DNA of 64,000 nucleotides from an uncultured cyanobacterium (GTDB lineage Bacteria; Cyanobacteriota; Cyanobacteriia; Cyanobacteriales; CAWCAG01): NCBI GenBank assembly GCA_963793425.1, contig CAWCAG010000005.1, positions 1,696,001 to 1,760,000 of the forward strand, read 5' to 3'. Shown piece by piece: positions 62,101 to 64,000 of this stretch (position 1 is its first letter; each line of letters starts with the position of its first letter). The notes under the pieces were generated by a model. It saw only the letters and a program-made list of their open reading frames with translations, ran no database searches and was not told where the DNA came from. The position numbers and the translations under genes were made by a program.

Positions 62101-64000
62101 TCTTCTTCAGCAACTTCTAAATTGCTATGGGGACTATCTCCTTCAAGGAAACTAAAATCAAGACTTAAATCATCGTCTTCAACGTTTTCTAAAGATGTAT
62201 CTAAGTCTAGGCTTAAATCTTCTTGCCCATTTTCTTCTGAATCAGCAAGCTCAAGGCTCACATCTTCTAAGGAACTATTGGTGTCAAAATCAAAATCAAA
62301 ATTATCTTCTGAAGCACCATTGAATGGAGAAGATTGGTTGCTCAAATCTAAGGTATCTGCTGTGAAATCTTCTTCAACAGCTTCTGGAAAGGTACTAGGC
62401 AAATCAGCCAATTCCTCGACTGCTAAATCTTGTTCTGGAGTATCAAGATCAAAGGAGAAATGATTATTTTCTGTGGGTTCTGAGAAAGTATTATCTAGTT
62501 CAGAAGATTCGCGAGCTATTTCTTCTTCAAATAAATCATTTAGCTCAGTAAAGTCAGAACCTTCTTGGGAATCAGCAAAAGCGTCTAGATCAAGAGATTC
62601 TATTGCTGATTTAGGTAAGTCAATTTCTGCGTCTGCGTCTGCTTTTATTGCTTGGGTACTTTCTGAGTCTAATAGTTCACCAAAACCCAATTCCCCAGTG
62701 GGTATATCATCACTTTGGTCATCTGCTAATTCTTGAGGATCATCTGCCCCAATCGCGAGGAGATCGTCGAAGCTTTCTAATGCTTCGGCCGTTTCTTCTG
62801 AAGAGTCGGAACCGATGACTAAAAGGTCATCAAAAGCTGCTGTTCCCTCAAAACCTAAAGCATCACTCTCTTCACTCTCTTCTTGATTTGATGTTTCTTC
62901 ATTAGAGTTGCTGGTTTGCGTTTCACTTTCATCGGGTTCAAATAGAGTATCTAAATCATTGAAAGCTTGTGTTTCCTCTTCTTCGTCTTGATTTTCGTTT
63001 TCGTCGGTGAAGGCAAAATCTAAATCCAACTCTTCCTCTAAGTCACCGAAAGCTGTTGCTAAATCCGACTCCTCTTCAACTGTACCGACGGTTGGTAAAT
63101 CTTTTTCTCCTAAAATACTTTCTTCTTCAGTATCTGCAAACAAAGCATTCAAATCATCCCCAGAGTCTTCTTCTTCCTCCCTCTCAGCAAAACTGGGTGC
63201 TACGGCTTCTTCATTTTCAGTTAATGATTCAGTTTCCCAAGAAAAATCTTCAGTATCTGAATCTGAAGCAAAACCACTACTAGACAGGAGATCAGCCACT
63301 TCATCTAATCTTTCTGAAGGATCTACTTTACCATTAGCAAGGGTTGAAGAACTAGAAGTTGTTTCTTCTTCTTGTTCAAAATCCTCTTCAAAAAGATTAA
63401 CCAAATTTTCAGCGCTGGAAATTTCATCTTCTTCATCCATATCGAGGAAAAGCTCATCAAAATCTCTTTCTTGCTCGTTTTCTTCTTCCTCAAAGAAAGT
63501 ATCTTGAGAACTAAATTCGGCTTCGGAAGTTTCTTTTTCAATCACTTCTTCCACTTGCCAAGTATTTTCTAAGTCAGGGGCTTCCTCTTCTTCAAATAAG
63601 TCGGCGAGGCTATTGATGGCAGCCATGCCTACTTCTGGGGCGCGATTATGAGTTTTGGGTTCAGGTAACAATGCTTGTAATTGCTGGCTGATGGCAATTT
63701 CTTGAGTCTTACCGGCAACAATTTTTTCCCTCGCCCCTTTAATTTCTTTAATAACTACACCAGCACAACTACGATAGGCATTTTCTGGATTAGCGATCGC
63801 AGCTTCTGTTGCTTCGAGTAGGAGAACCCAAGGGGCAAGATTTCTTTCCCTGCCCAAATCGGCTAAGCCATGACAATATTCTTGCCATTTGCAACGATTT
63901 TCTGAAGAGTCTGGCTGTTTGTAGAGACTCAACATTTCTTTTAAGCGGAGGAGAACTTGCTTATGGAAACTTTGATCTACGGTTGGTGGTTTTTTCTGCT
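59145..64000 (-). CDS. CheA-like hybrid histidine kinase (PilL/TaxAY-type), 5' end outside the window
   Basis: Frame open to the window edge; LDNLINLMGELV, HLVNNALYHGIE, DDGGG, GRGVGMDVV, CheW domain and two C-terminal receiver domains (CDIEMPRMNG twice). Confidence 0.93.
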   Translation of the reverse strand, partial: QKKPPTVDQSFHKQVLLRLKEMLSLYKQPDSSENRCKWQEYCHGLADLGRERNLAPWVLLLEATEAAIANPENAYRSCAGVVIKEIKGAREKIVAGKTQEIAISQQLQALLPEPKTHNRAPEVGMAAINSLADLFEEEEAPDLENTWQVEEVIEKETSEAEFSSQDTFFEEEENEQERDFDELFLDMDEEDEISSAENLVNLFEEDFEQEEETTSSSSTLANGKVDPSERLDEVADLLSSSGFASDSDTEDFSWETESLTENEEAVAPSFAEREEEEDSGDDLNALFADTEEESILGEKDLPTVGTVEEESDLATAFGDLEEELDLDFAFTDENENQDEEEETQAFNDLDTLFEPDESETQTSNSNEETSNQEESEESDALGFEGTAAFDDLLVIGSDSSEETAEALESFDDLLAIGADDPQELADDQSDDIPTGELGFGELLDSESTQAIKADADAEIDLPKSAIESLDLDAFADSQEGSDFTELNDLFEEEIARESSELDNTFSEPTENNHFSFDLDTPEQDLAVEELADLPSTFPEAVEEDFTADTLDLSNQSSPFNGASEDNFDFDFDTNSSLEDVSLELADSEENGQEDLSLDLDTSLENVEDDDLSLDFSFLEGDSPHSNLEVAEEEVSLDDLDALLDDSQSLEIDTEAEEAQSLESLFDWDAEDSVTEPAETSSQPAKEETLEYYTSFQELEALIKEDSTAKVLAELNGIGAFEQLENLLQNSVGADSPQEQNIQLSSSANPSQVDSNSLEDEFSDLEDLLKDIESQVGGTPSVVPRSGQQRPTSGNSQKKVSIFEQTLKVPVKQLDNLINLMGELVVNRNGLEKDQEMLRQSLDSLLQQAGNLSDVGSRMQDLYERSLLESSLLASRQRHNRATVGIDIGPSRNGGSGDQSYDPLEMDRFSGFHLLSQEMIELVVRVRESASDIGLIVEEVDQVARNLRHVTGQMQEGLTKARMVPFDRTASRLPIAVKRVSQELNKQAQIQLEGRETLIDKMILEHLSDPLTHLVNNALYHGIEPAEVRLKAGKTPAGKITVSAFHQGNQTIITVADDGGGIPVDVVKRKAVDKGLISSVEAQQISDQEVYGLLFQPGFSTNDQADNFAGRGVGMDVVRNSIMEIRGTVAIDSDLGKGTTFTIRLPLNLSISPALCCRVENTSIAFPMDGVEDVIDVSASQIQTNAQGETCIHWRDNLLPFKPITELLSYNRRLGRRKMYRGKRQDELNSILVLRSAGNFIAVEVDQVLEEQEIVIKQLTGPVPKPLGIAGATVLGDGRVMPIADVLELMDLFHGRSNSGGTWQENNVPAKSTPEISQSEPMVLIVDDSITVRELLSITFNKAGYRVEQARDGQEAWEKLRSGLPCNIVFCDIEMPRMNGLELLGRLQKDEQLKNLPIAMLTSRGAARHKEAAAELGANGYFTKPYLEENLLDGAQRMMQGEVLLEGSTRVSRVHEPQALAKALKTPTQPIIQPETPAPVETISQQEPLVLIIDDSIVVRELLSETFIKAGYSVEQARDGQEAWEKLQDGLMCDLAFCDIEMPRMNGLDLLTKLQQDEELSKLPVAMLTSRGAQKHRQIAAERGAKAYFTKPYVEATLLNAAKKLLAGEILTESSTEA

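Larger units (their letters stand above)
1..64000. repeat. HIP1 octamer GCGATCGC dispersed throughout the window
   Basis: More than 30 copies seen by eye (e.g. 664-671, 1037-1044, 8101-8108), far above chance for an 8-mer; hallmark of cyanobacterial genomes. Confidence 0.95.

Noticed and set aside
60388..63572. Ser-rich plus-strand ORFs opposite the CheA gene, and similar shadow ORFs at 1643, 5929, 23223, 24553, 31520, 37580, 50117 and 56538
   Set aside because: Antisense shadows of long real genes; their composition mirrors the codons of the opposite strand
1..64000. CRISPR array, rRNA, integrase or transposase
   Set aside because: No regularly spaced repeat-spacer array and no recognisable recombinase or transposase motifs seen

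Overview
Cyanobacterial chromosomal window (about 40% GC by eye, over 30 HIP1 GCGATCGC octamers, heptamer tandem repeats, petC-petA, rpoZ, tRNA-Arg(UCU)). Most of it is ordinary housekeeping and conserved cyanobacterial genes: rnr, lgt, devBCA with a TetR regulator, two exbD, dprA, futA, rsfS, asparaginase, cutA, thiO, CobW, Crp, SpoIID, and a CheA-like kinase that runs off the right edge. A DNA phosphorothioation (Dnd) system is scattered across the window: an SF2 helicase of the Dnd-associated type at 10.8 kb, a DGQHR/DndB-like gene at 49.5-51 kb and dndC-dndD at 53.6-57.2 kb, with no adjacent dndE or dndA. The most striking unexplained signal is a 35-bp perfect (43/45) sequence present twice in inverted orientation 43 kb apart, once just upstream of the helicase and once just upstream of dndC. 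It has promoter-like features and a conserved 9-codon micro-ORF, and the first copy sits back to back with an orphan terminator or sRNA candidate. There are also several broken genes: amidase and kinase-TPR genes with microhomology-joined deletions, and cbiX and a STAND-TPR gene with single-base frameshifts. No CRISPR array, rRNA, integrase or transposase was seen. All family assignments come from motif recognition by eye, not database searches.
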